Source: a phage
Sequence record: PZ027503.1
Strand: one strand, 5' to 3'
Length of the DNA stretch: 64,000 nt
Shown: one piece after another, positions 17,802 to 26,680 of the stretch
Numbering within the stretch: the stretch's first letter is position 1
Layout: each line of letters starts with the position of its first letter
Notes under the pieces: model-generated
The model's database searches: none
What the model was told of the DNA's origin: nothing
The model's input: the letters and a program-made list of their open reading frames with translations, nothing else
Program-made: the position numbers and the translations under genes

Positions 17802-18257
17802 TTACTCCTTATCAATAGTGATTGTGGCGTTTGCTACTGCAACACGAGCGTAAATCTCAACCGTCTTCGACGGATAATCCTTCTTAGCTTTTGTAGCGAC
17901 TTCAGAAGCTTTTTCAAAACTAGAACAAACATCTACACACTCTGATCCTACGATCACAACATGCCATTGTGGTTCTGCTTTACCCATTGTTTCCTCCTTT
18001 ACTTCTTCAAAATATTTAAATTCTTCGTTATCAATCAAATAAGTATACGAATTAAACCCTGGGGTAACACCTGCTGTATAGAGGGTACCATTGATATAAA
18101 ACTCAAGAACATGACCATACTTATCATCTGTATTCATAACTTTGAAAACTTCGTTTCCAATTGCTTGACAAACAGCAATATTTGCTTTGTCCTGTGTTGC
18201 CATAGCTCCTTGGTCAGCAACGCTTTTGAATTTATAAGTAAACCCTACTTTAAACAC
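17802..18257 (-). CDS. paralog family B member (GTG start)
   Basis: ORF track frame; start moved to GTG after AAGGAG RBS giving (M)FKVGFTYKF. Confidence 0.5.
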   Translation of the reverse strand: MFKVGFTYKFKSVADQGAMATQDKANIAVCQAIGNEVFKVMNTDDKYGHVLEFYINGTLYTAGVTPGFNSYTYLIDNEEFKYFEEVKEETMGKAEPQWHVVIVGSECVDVCSSFEKASEVATKAKKDYPSKTVEIYARVAVANATITIDKE

Positions 18258-18444
18258 GATGTGCTCCTTCTTGTTCAAGAGTAAAAGGAATGATTTCACC
18301 GTAGCTGTATCGCATAGCATCCACTTCTTCTTCTGCACGTTGTGCTAGTTCTAATGTTGCACAGATTTTGTAAGGGACAGTGCTGCATTGGCTCCAGCCT
18401 GGGGTATTCTTTGTTACTAAATATACAGTAGTTCCTTTATTCAT
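18250..18444 (-). CDS. hypothetical protein (64 aa)
   Basis: ORF track. Confidence 0.5.
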   Translation of the reverse strand: MNKGTTVYLVTKNTPGWSQCSTVPYKICATLELAQRAEEEVDAMRYSYGEIIPFTLEQEGAHRV

Positions 18445-18898
18445 AACTTTCTCCTCCTAGTTCATCATACCATTTCAAAGCGTCTTTTGGAAGCATACCA
18501 AAATCTTCTTTCAGTTCTTTTTCAATCTCTTCTTGCATTTCCATCAGCGTTTTCAGTTGACGGACTTTTTTGTGCATAGCCACATTCCTTTCATTAAGGT
18601 TTGTCACTACATTATTTGCACGACTCGGTGGAAATGACAAAGGTTTCACGGGAAGATAATCTTCGATATTATCTAGTGCGTTACGAAAATTATGATCCAA
18701 GAAACGCACATCTACACGATTGTAATCAGCAGCTACAACAGTGAACACTTTAAACGGCACGTTGGATAAAGTATGTTGCACACAGACAGTACCCATATTA
18801 CCTTCAATTTTACTGGTAACTTCCAGCAAACCTGTATGAGCACTAACATAATCGTGAACACATTGCACATAAGCTGCCAGTATAGTGAATTGTCTCAT
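18437..18898 (-). CDS. hypothetical protein (153 aa)
   Basis: ORF track. Confidence 0.55.
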   Translation of the reverse strand: MRQFTILAAYVQCVHDYVSAHTGLLEVTSKIEGNMGTVCVQHTLSNVPFKVFTVVAADYNRVDVRFLDHNFRNALDNIEDYLPVKPLSFPPSRANNVVTNLNERNVAMHKKVRQLKTLMEMQEEIEKELKEDFGMLPKDALKWYDELGGESYE

Positions 18899-19143
18899 TT
18901 TCTACCTCCCCATAATGCTAACATTTTATTGAAAATGGAAACGCGTCGTGCGCGAGATGCCATATCATAGTTCATTCTTTCCGTCTCTGCAAGAAATTGA
19001 TCTACTGTAATCAACGCTTCTGTTTTCTCTTTCAGAGTTTGCATATTCATCCATTCACATTCGGAGTACCAATTATCGAAATACAAACTATCAAGAAGAT
19101 CCATTGCTGCTTCGTTCTGTTGTGGTGTGATCATTGCACACAA
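18895..19143 (-). CDS. hypothetical protein (82 aa)
   Basis: ORF track. Confidence 0.5.
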   Translation of the reverse strand: MCAMITPQQNEAAMDLLDSLYFDNWYSECEWMNMQTLKEKTEALITVDQFLAETERMNYDMASRARRVSIFNKMLALWGGRK

Positions 19144-19146
19144 CCT

Positions 19147-19377
19147 TTAATAGACAATTTCATATTCGTGAGGAAAGAAAACATAATCTTCCCCTTCTCG
19201 TGCATCTATCTCGTCCCAAAACCACTCCTGCACTTCCATCATCTTCGAGAATCGCACATGAGCAAGCCCACTGTATTCCACTGTAGCTTCCAACACAAGT
19301 GGAAATTTTGCATGTGCCAATCCTTTATAACCACCATCATTCTCAATACGAATTTTCATACGTTTCATGTTATGCAT
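19147..19377 (-). CDS. hypothetical protein (76 aa)
   Basis: ORF track. Confidence 0.5.
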   Translation of the reverse strand: MHNMKRMKIRIENDGGYKGLAHAKFPLVLEATVEYSGLAHVRFSKMMEVQEWFWDEIDAREGEDYVFFPHEYEIVY

Positions 19378-19579
19378 CTTTCATATTCTCCACGAAGTGA
19401 CGAGCAACAGGATTCCCGTGGAAATATTCATTGATGAAATCGATCACACACGTTTCACTGCCTGTCACAACGGACGGTGCGAAGTTTCGGAACTGCACGA
19501 GTACACGACTTGCATTAGCAAGGGTGTGCACACGATCAGTGTTAGCTAAATACAAGGATACAGTTTTCATATTTGACAT
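19370..19579 (-). CDS. hypothetical protein (69 aa)
   Basis: ORF track. Confidence 0.5.
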   Translation of the reverse strand: MSNMKTVSLYLANTDRVHTLANASRVLVQFRNFAPSVVTGSETCVIDFINEYFHGNPVARHFVENMKDA

Positions 19580-19638
19580 TTCAATCTCCTCATTGGCTAT
19601 CTGTTATGTGCGGTATGCAAACCACTATACAGACATTT

Positions 19639-20022
19639 TTATTCAATGCAAGCATTATTTGCATCTTCAATGCGATCTTTCACCCATTGAAGACGTAACG
19701 TGTTGGTATGACACGCCAAGTTTATACACTCTGAAAGGTAATCCATGCAATCTGCATTGAACGGAAGATTGTAGTCCAGCCCTGCACATGTAAATTGTTT
19801 CCTCATTTCATATTTCAAACGGTCTAACAAACTATCCCGCCATCTTCTATCTTCTTCTCTAGTTGTCTCACCAACAAAATCATCTACATAATCTACCAGA
19901 CAACCACATAAGCCACTCGTTGTGCGATTCATTGCAGGATAGTTGGCAATCCATGCTTTATAGAAGCGAAGCAATGTTGCACTACTCAACGGAATATTAT
20001 TTGTCATTTTTCTCTCCTTCAT
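19639..20022 (-). CDS. paralog family A member
   Basis: ORF track; FYKAWI, GLC, RLQWVKDRI motifs. Confidence 0.55.
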   Translation of the reverse strand: MKERKMTNNIPLSSATLLRFYKAWIANYPAMNRTTSGLCGCLVDYVDDFVGETTREEDRRWRDSLLDRLKYEMRKQFTCAGLDYNLPFNADCMDYLSECINLACHTNTLRLQWVKDRIEDANNACIE

Positions 20023-20341
20023 AATCCTGAATTCTATCTAACACCCATTGTATACGATGTTTGTTTTTATGGCAAATATGTTTTTTATGTTCGAAGGTGT
20101 ATTCTTCATAACCACCTTCATTAAACGGGAAATTGTAATCTAGTCCTGCACTAATAAACTGTGATTTCATCTCCTGTTGTAGACGAGGTAACAGTTCATC
20201 AGGGTATGTTCCCTCTACATACTTAATCAAACATATGCACAAACCACTCGTTGTGTGACCTTCTACCTCACCAGTAAGCCAAGCTTTGTAAAACTTCATT
20301 AGACGTAAGCTACTCAACGGAACATTTCTACTCTCTTGCAT
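19997..20341 (-). CDS. paralog family A member
   Basis: ORF track; FYKAWL, GLC, RIQWVLDRI motifs. Confidence 0.55.
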   Translation of the reverse strand: MQESRNVPLSSLRLMKFYKAWLTGEVEGHTTSGLCICLIKYVEGTYPDELLPRLQQEMKSQFISAGLDYNFPFNEGGYEEYTFEHKKHICHKNKHRIQWVLDRIQDYEGEKNDK

Positions 20342-20680
20342 GATAATCTCCTCTCATTCTTAGCCATCTTTCATGGCAATCATCAATCACCAACATCATA
20401 CGATCAATCTTAGGGAATTACAATCGAATTATCATAGGGGATTCCTATCAATTATCCCATATATACCGATTATTTTTGACACCCCACTCTTGTATAAAAA
20501 GTAACCCAAAATATCTACGGGGAGAGATTATTTCGGGACACCCTGTTTCATGGCAATCATGGCAAGAATATCTAATAGAATCAATATGATATGGCAAAAA
20601 TCATGGCGCATACGTAAGAAGTGCTTAACGCGAACTTTCGGGCCGTCAGGTCCACGCAGCGACAATTCCCAAATATCATG

Positions 20681-20703
20681 CGAATGAGAATAATTATCAT
20701 TCG
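20681..20703. promoter_or_regulatory. operator-like palindrome CGAATGA-N9-TCATTCG
   Basis: inverted repeat seen in sequence; related motifs at 20863, 33553, 33625. Confidence 0.4.
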
Positions 20704-21117
20704 TATTCAATGACTTATGCAAGGCTCATGCCAACATAGCGACAAGGTGGGCCACTTGATTATAAATCACACAAACACTTATTTATCAATAGGTTGGCAA
20801 CTTCATCATATGACGGAACAATGTCAACTAATCCCGCTCATAACAGACAGACTATTATTTATATGAGAATGATTATTATTTAAACGTTTATTAACATAAA
20901 ACCAGAATAAATCAAGAATTTTCTGATTTTATTTACGTTTAAGAGAAGATGCTCAACATCCTACCGGATCGCCGTTGGCAATCCTGCGGATATTTACGCC
21001 CCCATGATTAAGGTTTATCTCTTTTCTTAGTGCTCAACATTCCCGCCCGTGGCGGTAACATTTCGCCCCCAAAATTATTGACTTTTATTCTATTATGTGC
21101 ATAGTGTGCAATGTATC

Positions 21118-21136
21118 GGAATGATGATAATCATCC
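21118..21136. promoter_or_regulatory. Fur-box-like palindrome (AATGATGATAATCATC)
   Basis: close match to TGATAATCATT core of enterobacterial Fur boxes. Confidence 0.35.
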
Positions 21137-21928
21137 TCCCATTGCCCCCAATAATTATTGCCATGCTAATGATCTCATATTGTAATTATTACAATGATTA
21201 TTGTTATTGCGCTAATGTTATGATCTTGGTAATTACATATAATGCTAATAATAAGCCAGCGCAATGAGTGTAAGCGTAATTACGCTTGCAATTATTGCAA
21301 GCTACGCAATAACAAGAAATAACCGTCACCGATGGTTATGATTGTTGGGGTGTAGTTGGCTTATTATTAGCTCGCTATGTGTCCGGCATAGCGTGCTAAT
21401 GATGATCCTGGGAATGATTCGTTTTGTAATGATTTCATTCAGTCACTATTATGGCAATAGTTATTATTTTAATGGTTTCGTTTGTTATTGTTCGTTAGTT
21501 GGTTGTTTTGTCGTGTTATCGTTATTTTGCTTAGTATTCATCATGGTTTGATTGTTTGTCGTTATCAATCATCTTGCTATTATTCCTTTGATTATGATTA
21601 GTTTGCTTATTGTTTTATGTTGTTTGTTGGTTAGTTGTTGCGAACTATTATCAACATTATAATTATGCGCTTATATTGCATAGATAATCATGGGTAGATG
21701 ATAATGGTTATCATTGCACTAGAAAGGAGGTAGAAGGGTGTTTTTGATGGTTTGTTGTTGGTTGTTGATCGATTTTAACCGCTATAAATGGCTCTCTAAC
21801 AGCCTGTTACCCTGGGAGGTATGGTTATTCGTTTAATGGTTGATTAGCTCGATACCGCGATTTATTCAATTTTGTTCTGTGTCGGTTTTTCATAGGCGAA
21901 AGCTATCAACATTGTTCGGGCAAAAAGA

Positions 21929-21949
21929 AAGGGCGCTTGGTGCGCCCTT
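21929..21949 (-). terminator. terminator at distal end of island
   Basis: AAGGGCGCTTGGTGCGCCCTT hairpin flanked by T-runs. Confidence 0.5.
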
Positions 21950-21962
21950 GTTTTGTTGTCAA

Positions 21963-22382
21963 TTATAACGCTTCATAGATTGAGTAGATCCGGTTTGCCA
22001 GGTCATTACGAAAGCGGAATTTTTCATCACGTTTGATCATCAGATCCTTAAAACCGCATTCTTTCAGTGCTTCATTAACTTTACTGCGGCATACTTTCAT
22101 ATTGTCCTGCGCGTCACCAATAAACTTGTTACTATGATGCATTGCTTTGATCTCTTCTTCCAGGACCAGGGCAACTACACGGATCGGATCAAGCTGATAC
22201 GCGGTAACATCCATGCGGCATTGTAAACGGCTTTTAACGTCTGCCACCGGATATACTGCAACCTCTTCCCCGTCAACGTTCACAATAACCAATTTACCAT
22301 CGATTTCGAAGCCTTTAGCGGCGCTACCGTGACAAAAAGCGTTGTCGAAGGAGTAAGCTGGATTATTTGATTTAATGTTCAT
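21963..22382 (-). CDS. hypothetical protein (139 aa)
   Basis: ORF track; promoter TTGACA inside hairpin at 22440-22470. Confidence 0.6.
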   Translation of the reverse strand: MNIKSNNPAYSFDNAFCHGSAAKGFEIDGKLVIVNVDGEEVAVYPVADVKSRLQCRMDVTAYQLDPIRVVALVLEEEIKAMHHSNKFIGDAQDNMKVCRSKVNEALKECGFKDLMIKRDEKFRFRNDLANRIYSIYEAL

Positions 22383-22492
22383 GGTGTTGTCCTTTGTTTC
22401 GTTTCGTTGTTTGCTGCCAGTGAGTTAAATATAATATAACGCCGATCCCCTGTCAATAGGGGATAGCGCATTATTTACATTTCTTTACGTTA

Positions 22493-22513
22493 AAGGGCGC
22501 TTAGTGCGCCCCT
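22493..22513 (-). terminator. stem-loop, weak terminator
   Basis: AAGGGCGCTTAGTGCGCCCCTT hairpin after stop at 22523. Confidence 0.4.
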
Positions 22514-22522
22514 TGTACAATC

Positions 22523-22891
22523 TTACTTTGTGCGGTTGTGAACGTTATCGCGTTCAACCATCAGGGCAAGGCGGATCAGTTGATCAGTTGTATCGCGTAA
22601 ATTGTCGGGCCATGTTTTACTGTTCCAGCTATCCATGTTTGATTGTATATAGGTTTCAATGGCTTGATCCATATTATCAAACAAGTTTTCCTCCAGGCTC
22701 TCGGCTGTTTCACACTGGAAAGCATTAGCGACACTATTAATCAATAAGCAAGCCAGTAAATCAGCATTACGCCAATTTTTACGGATAGTTTCATCTGTCA
22801 GATAACCAACGAGATTAACCTTTGCGCCAGTGGTTGACGTTGCGATCACTTCTTGTGCTTTTTCAAGTGCTTTAATTGCTGATTTGCTCAT
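22523..22891 (-). CDS. hypothetical protein (122 aa)
   Basis: ORF track frame; start at internal ATG with AGAGGAAAA RBS downstream of cassette. Confidence 0.55.
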   Translation of the reverse strand: MSKSAIKALEKAQEVIATSTTGAKVNLVGYLTDETIRKNWRNADLLACLLINSVANAFQCETAESLEENLFDNMDQAIETYIQSNMDSWNSKTWPDNLRDTTDQLIRLALMVERDNVHNRTK

Positions 22892-22906
22892 TTTATTTTC
22901 CTCTTT

Positions 22907-22969
22907 GTGGGCTTGCTGTATTGCTCGCCCTACGTGATAAATAATAATGTAAGCGTGATCCGGTGTCAA
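22907..22969 (-). promoter_or_regulatory. promoter plus degenerate 5' stem-loop cassette
   Basis: minus-strand TTGACA-N17-TATTAT then CCCTACGTGATA block. Confidence 0.45.
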
Positions 22970-23144
22970 TAGGTAGCATTGTAAAGATTTGATAGTTTAT
23001 TCCTTTGATGTTTTGTTGTTTGATAGATGTTAGCTATCAATATATGGCGGGGTCGTCCGGTGATTATCTTCCCCTGCTCCCAGGTGCCGCCCGTTCAATA
23101 AGTATAACAAAAAACAGGACAAAAACAAGCCCTGTTTATTTATC

Positions 23145-23264
23145 TTAAAACCAGTTGCCAACCGTTTCCAATAGGTCACTGACTACCAGGACAACATTGA
23201 TCAGCACATATTTAATCAGGAAGGGGATTAGCGCCAGCGCCGCTACTATGATCCCCATTGTCAT
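23145..23264 (-). CDS. membrane micro-protein (39 aa)
   Basis: hand-translated MTMGIIVAALALIPFLIKYVLINVVLVV...; GAGAAAGG RBS. Confidence 0.35.
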   Translation of the reverse strand: MTMGIIVAALALIPFLIKYVLINVVLVVSDLLETVGNWF

Positions 23265-23275
23265 GATTACCTTTC

Positions 23276-23566
23276 TCATTGTTGGCGGTTTACGTAAGCT
23301 TTACCGTTTACGGTCATCTGTATGGCTTCAAGGTCTGGATCTTCCTTAAGGTCGCGTGCAAGCTCACCGCAGCGGATACCCTCGAATCCGTAGTATTCTG
23401 TTTCCCCGTCCTTAAAAGTTTTAGCGGCAAGGCATAGGCGATAATTAACGCCGATCCGGTTTACCGCGTTGATATCGGTTAACGCGATGGATTCAGGCAA
23501 ATCATTAGCCATTACAGGCGCGTTAATACCAACAACCAGGGCAACTACTGCGATCATCTTTTTCAT
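23276..23566 (-). CDS. secreted protein with signal peptide (96 aa)
   Basis: ORF track; MKKMIAVVALVVGINAPVMA; hairpin 23597-23612 upstream. Confidence 0.6.
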   Translation of the reverse strand: MKKMIAVVALVVGINAPVMANDLPESIALTDINAVNRIGVNYRLCLAAKTFKDGETEYYGFEGIRCGELARDLKEDPDLEAIQMTVNGKAYVNRQQ

Positions 23567-23621
23567 GCTTTCTAGCCTCTTCCTATTGCGTTTAATGGGG
23601 CGTTACCGCCCCGCTTATGGT

Positions 23622-23858
23622 TTATTGATTGATGTTATAATGAAAATTATTTTCTTCAATAGCTTTTAAAATAAAAGCCGTGATCGCTTTCGTGTCTACT
23701 TGTTCGAACGTATCGGAATAGCACCAATAATGATCATCCCCTACTTTCGGCGGGTAAACCTGGACAAGGAGATCGCCACCTGGTTGATCTATAAGCTCAA
23801 CATGTAAGCCGGATGATTCAGCGGTTTTAACGGCGTTTAATACTGTTGCAATACTCAT
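23622..23858 (-). CDS. hypothetical protein (78 aa)
   Basis: ORF track; hairpin 23879-23894 upstream of RBS. Confidence 0.55.
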   Translation of the reverse strand: MSIATVLNAVKTAESSGLHVELIDQPGGDLLVQVYPPKVGDDHYWCYSDTFEQVDTKAITAFILKAIEENNFHYNINQ

Positions 23859-23902
23859 AATCTTTTCCTTTCTGATGTGGGGCGTTGCCGCCCCTTTGTT
23901 GA

Positions 23903-24202
23903 TTAGATCGCTGTTTCCAGTAGTTCGGCTAACGTCTTACCGCCTGATAGTTGGTCTAACGTTTGCTCTTCTGGCAAGAAATTAGCTGATATTAATCCGA
24001 CTTGATTCCCTTTGTGCCAATTGGCTTGACGGATGATTCCATCCTTTAAAGATTTTACCGCCATTGTGCAACCGTCGCCAAATGATTCATTTTTATGATC
24101 CATTACTTCATAAGCGCCCAGCTTGCTGCTGTTAGGCACCATCAACGCGAATACATCACCAACAACCAGTTTTTCTACGGTAACAATAGCGATAGTTTCC
24201 AT
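23903..24202 (-). CDS. hypothetical protein (99 aa)
   Basis: ORF track. Confidence 0.55.
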   Translation of the reverse strand: METIAIVTVEKLVVGDVFALMVPNSSKLGAYEVMDHKNESFGDGCTMAVKSLKDGIIRQANWHKGNQVGLISANFLPEEQTLDQLSGGKTLAELLETAI

Positions 24203-24219
24203 TTTACTTTCCTCATTAT

Positions 24220-24278
24220 CGGCGGCACCATTGCCGCCCTACGCATTAAATATAAGTTATCTAAGAGATTAGATCAAG
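24220..24278 (-). promoter_or_regulatory. promoter plus 5' stem-loop cassette
   Basis: hairpin GGCGGCACCATTGCCGCC 24221-24238; minus-strand TTGATC-N17-TATATT. Confidence 0.55.
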
Positions 24279-24280
24279 GA

Positions 24281-24472
24281 TTATTTTGTAAAGATTACAG
24301 CTTCATCAAAATTTTCAACATAGTAAGCAAGCTCCTCATTTGCTGCAACCATTCCTAAAAGTTGGCTATAAGATAAACCTTTGATCCCTTCCTCGTTGTT
24401 TAATGCTTCGATGATTTCATCAACGGGCGCAAAAAACATGTTATTCGATTCCAGGTAGGAGATGGTTTTCAT
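24281..24472 (-). CDS. hypothetical protein (63 aa)
   Basis: ORF track. Confidence 0.5.
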   Translation of the reverse strand: MKTISYLESNNMFFAPVDEIIEALNNEEGIKGLSYSQLLGMVAANEELAYYVENFDEAVIFTK

Positions 24473-24492
24473 AATGTTTACCTTTTTCGGGG

Positions 24493-24549
24493 AGCGGCAC
24501 CATTGCCGCCCTACGTGGTAAATATTAGCACACTGGCGATCTGTGTCAA
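24493..24549 (-). promoter_or_regulatory. promoter plus 5' stem-loop cassette
   Basis: hairpin GCGGCACCATTGCCGC 24494-24509; TTGACA-N16-TAATAT on minus strand. Confidence 0.6.
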
Positions 24550-24555
24550 TACTTT

Positions 24556-24942
24556 TTATTCAATATAAATCAAATTATCTTCACCAATGTAAGCCGACAC
24601 GTTCGGCATAAACTTAGCTGCATTGGTTAGGCGGTTCGCCGTGTTAGTGGTGTATATTTCAGGGCGATCCCAAAAGCCTACGCCGTGACTGTTACGGGTA
24701 AAATGTAAATCATTCCCGATCTGGTTGGCTGTTGCGCCGTCGCTCATTGCCTCAGAGATAGCGGCAAGATTAGCATTAATAAAGGCTGTTACATCCTGGG
24801 CGATCCGTTGATCCGCACTAGGAGAAAAATCATAATCGTCTAAGTTATCAATAAAATTACCTTCATAATCCCTTGCTGATTCAGCAAAAATAAAGGCTTC
24901 TTTATAGCCGTTGATGATTTCAATAATGATTTCTGTTTTCAT
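24556..24942 (-). CDS. hypothetical protein (128 aa)
   Basis: ORF track. Confidence 0.55.
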   Translation of the reverse strand: MKTEIIIEIINGYKEAFIFAESARDYEGNFIDNLDDYDFSPSADQRIAQDVTAFINANLAAISEAMSDGATANQIGNDLHFTRNSHGVGFWDRPEIYTTNTANRLTNAAKFMPNVSAYIGEDNLIYIE

Positions 24943-25154
24943 GCTGTACGCTCGACAATAATAATAGTTTGCGGGATCTCGTTTTCTACTACTAACAAGG
25001 CTTTTTTCTGTGTGATAGATATTTTAACACGTTGTAAAGTAGCGGTAAAATCTTTCATTTCATTATGCGCGGATTTAGTACAATGCCAGATCTCAGGTTT
25101 ACCAACTTGCAAGCCGCGTAAAAATTCCGTTTTACCTGTCTTATTCGTGATCAT
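24939..25154 (-). CDS. hypothetical protein (71 aa)
   Basis: ORF track frame; start at ATG 25154 with AAGGTG RBS. Confidence 0.5.
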   Translation of the reverse strand: MITNKTGKTEFLRGLQVGKPEIWHCTKSAHNEMKDFTATLQRVKISITQKKALLVVENEIPQTIIIVERTA

Positions 25155-25164
25155 TTGTTTCACC

Positions 25165-25269
25165 TTAACCGATACCGTGGGAAGATAGGATCATATTAGC
25201 CATAGTTGCAACTACTCCAACCGATAACGCCAGGCCAACCACTGCAACCGTGAAAATTTTCTCTAACAT
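25165..25269 (-). CDS. membrane micro-protein (34 aa)
   Basis: hand-translated MLEKIFTVAVVGLALSVGVVATMANMILSSHGIG; follows cassette. Confidence 0.35.
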   Translation of the reverse strand: MLEKIFTVAVVGLALSVGVVATMANMILSSHGIG

Positions 25270-25286
25270 GATTCTACCCTCATTAA

Positions 25287-25349
25287 TGGGCGTTGCACCA
25301 TTGCCCCGCCCTACGTAATACACTTTACCAGATAACAAACCATTGTCAA
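25287..25349 (-). promoter_or_regulatory. promoter plus 5' stem-loop cassette (variant)
   Basis: hairpin 25288-25311; TTGACA at 25343-25349 (minus). Confidence 0.5.
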
Positions 25350-25407
25350 GGTTTATTTACTACATCTTTTAAGCTGTATTTTTAAAATACAGCTTTCAGG
25401 CTGTCAA

Positions 25408-25578
25408 TTACTCTTCATCGTCGCCGTTATAGTATTCAATGCCGTTTTCATCGGTTACGGTGATGTTAACGCCACCGATAGCAACACGATCACGGGCAAA
25501 CGTCATAGCTTCGTTTAAATCTTCAGACCAAAAAATATTGTGACCTTTGCGCGATACATAAAACATAGTTGGGATCAT
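25408..25578 (-). CDS. hypothetical protein (56 aa)
   Basis: ORF track frame; start at internal ATG after cassette and AGAAGAGAAA RBS. Confidence 0.5.
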   Translation of the reverse strand: MIPTMFYVSRKGHNIFWSEDLNEAMTFARDRVAIGGVNITVTDENGIEYYNGDDEE

Positions 25579-25600
25579 GATTTGTTTCTCTTCTGTTGTG

Positions 25601-25662
25601 AGCGGTGGACCATTCCGCCGCTCTATGTAATAAACTTTACTACGTTGTTTGCCTACTGTCAA
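25601..25662 (-). promoter_or_regulatory. promoter plus 5' stem-loop cassette
   Basis: hairpin GCGGTGGACCATTCCGCCGC; TTGACA 25657-25662 (minus). Confidence 0.55.
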
Positions 25663-25663
25663 A

Positions 25664-25948
25664 TTATTTTTTAATGTTTTGCCCTACAAAATTGATCACT
25701 TCCTTAAGCTGTCTCTCTGTCATGATCGTACCTGGTAACTCTTCTTTAATTTCTTCCGGTAAATAAATATTACCGCGCCAGGTTAACAAACAACCGTTTT
25801 GATCTTCGCAGATAGAATAAGAAAACATCCACTCGCAATCATTCTCAAGCTCCCAAAAACACAAAAAGTCTTCTTTCCCTAAGTTTTCAACGGTTAAACA
25901 TAATCCGCGACGTGCTGCATAATTAGTTAGGCTTTTTGTGATTTTCAT
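25664..25948 (-). CDS. hypothetical protein (94 aa)
   Basis: ORF track frame; start at internal ATG downstream of hairpin. Confidence 0.55.
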   Translation of the reverse strand: MKITKSLTNYAARRGLCLTVENLGKEDFLCFWELENDCEWMFSYSICEDQNGCLLTWRGNIYLPEEIKEELPGTIMTERQLKEVINFVGQNIKK

Positions 25949-25970
25949 GATTTTTCTCTCTTCTGTTGTG

Positions 25971-26027
25971 AGCGGCACCATTGCCGCCCTACAAGATACA
26001 TATTATCAGACTACGCGGACTTGTCAA
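25971..26027 (-). promoter_or_regulatory. promoter plus 5' stem-loop cassette
   Basis: hairpin GCGGCACCATTGCCGC 25972-25987; TTGACA 26021-26027 (minus). Confidence 0.6.
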
Positions 26028-26028
26028 A

Positions 26029-26139
26029 CTATTTTTTCTTTTTCTTTGCTTCCAACCGTCTAAGGTTACGGCTTGACTTATTGCGCAAGGCGCTTAGATC
26101 GTCGTACCCTTTCCATGCTTGCATATCTTTCGGATTCAT
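26029..26139 (-). CDS. small basic protein (36 aa)
   Basis: ORF track frame; start at internal ATG with GGGGGATAAC RBS; K-rich C-terminus. Confidence 0.35.
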   Translation of the reverse strand: MNPKDMQAWKGYDDLSALRNKSSRNLRRLEAKKKKK

Positions 26140-26149
26140 GTTATCCCCC

Positions 26150-26428
26150 TTAACGATTATAAACATTATGGATGGCTTCAAAGGCAAGATGACCATAAGC
26201 CGCCAAATCGGGATTGATCCAAGCGTTATCCAACATCGTTTCAAGGACTGTGGAATCATCGTATAAAGCATCATAGAAATCTGCACGGATGATCGTTTCA
26301 ATGTCGTCCGGTGTTAGTTTGTCGTTCAACTTGCACACTGTTTCAACGTCAACACCAATTTTCCAATTTTGTAAATTAGTGGTTAACATTGTTTTCATTT
26401 CTTCGGTTGTTAATTTAACGATGGTCAT
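26150..26428 (-). CDS. hypothetical protein (92 aa)
   Basis: ORF track; cassette upstream. Confidence 0.55.
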   Translation of the reverse strand: MTIVKLTTEEMKTMLTTNLQNWKIGVDVETVCKLNDKLTPDDIETIIRADFYDALYDDSTVLETMLDNAWINPDLAAYGHLAFEAIHNVYNR

Positions 26429-26451
26429 GATTTTTTCTCTCTTCTGTTAGG

Positions 26452-26507
26452 CGGGGCGCTTGTCGCCCCTATGTGATACATCTTATCAGGTTGATTCAGC
26501 TTGTCAA
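26452..26507 (-). promoter_or_regulatory. promoter plus 5' stem-loop cassette
   Basis: hairpin GGGGCGCTTGTCGCCCC; TTGACA-N16-TAAGAT (minus). Confidence 0.6.
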
Positions 26508-26508
26508 A

Positions 26509-26670
26509 CTATTTGTTAGCCGGATTATATGCCAGGACCGCGCCGCTTGCTTTCACGCTTTCCGCTTCATAGTTGCGCAGATCGTTTTCTGTAAGATTGA
26601 GCGCGATCACTTCCTCAATCTCAACACCAGCGGCAATGGCGATCTCTTTGATAATGTCTGCTGTTTTCAT
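26509..26670 (-). CDS. hypothetical protein (53 aa)
   Basis: ORF track frame; start at internal ATG (MKTADIIKEI). Confidence 0.5.
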   Translation of the reverse strand: MKTADIIKEIAIAAGVEIEEVIALNLTENDLRNYEAESVKASGAVLAYNPANK

Positions 26671-26680
26671 GGTATGTACC

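Larger units (their letters stand above)
20342..21925. other. gene-free AT-rich non-coding hub with direct and inverted repeats
   Basis: no credible ORF; repeated TTTCATGGCAATCAT (20369, 20546); palindromes; T/G-rich strand-skewed tract 21340-21660. Confidence 0.5.

Noticed and set aside
20528-20722. 64-aa minus-strand ORF
   Set aside because: Its N-terminus is encoded by the operator-like palindrome at 20681-20703 and it lacks a convincing RBS; more likely regulatory DNA.
21342-21551. 69-aa hydrophobic ORF in the non-coding hub
   Set aside because: It is produced by the T/G-rich strand-skewed tract, has no RBS and is a low-complexity Cys/Val/Phe-rich translation; most likely not a gene.
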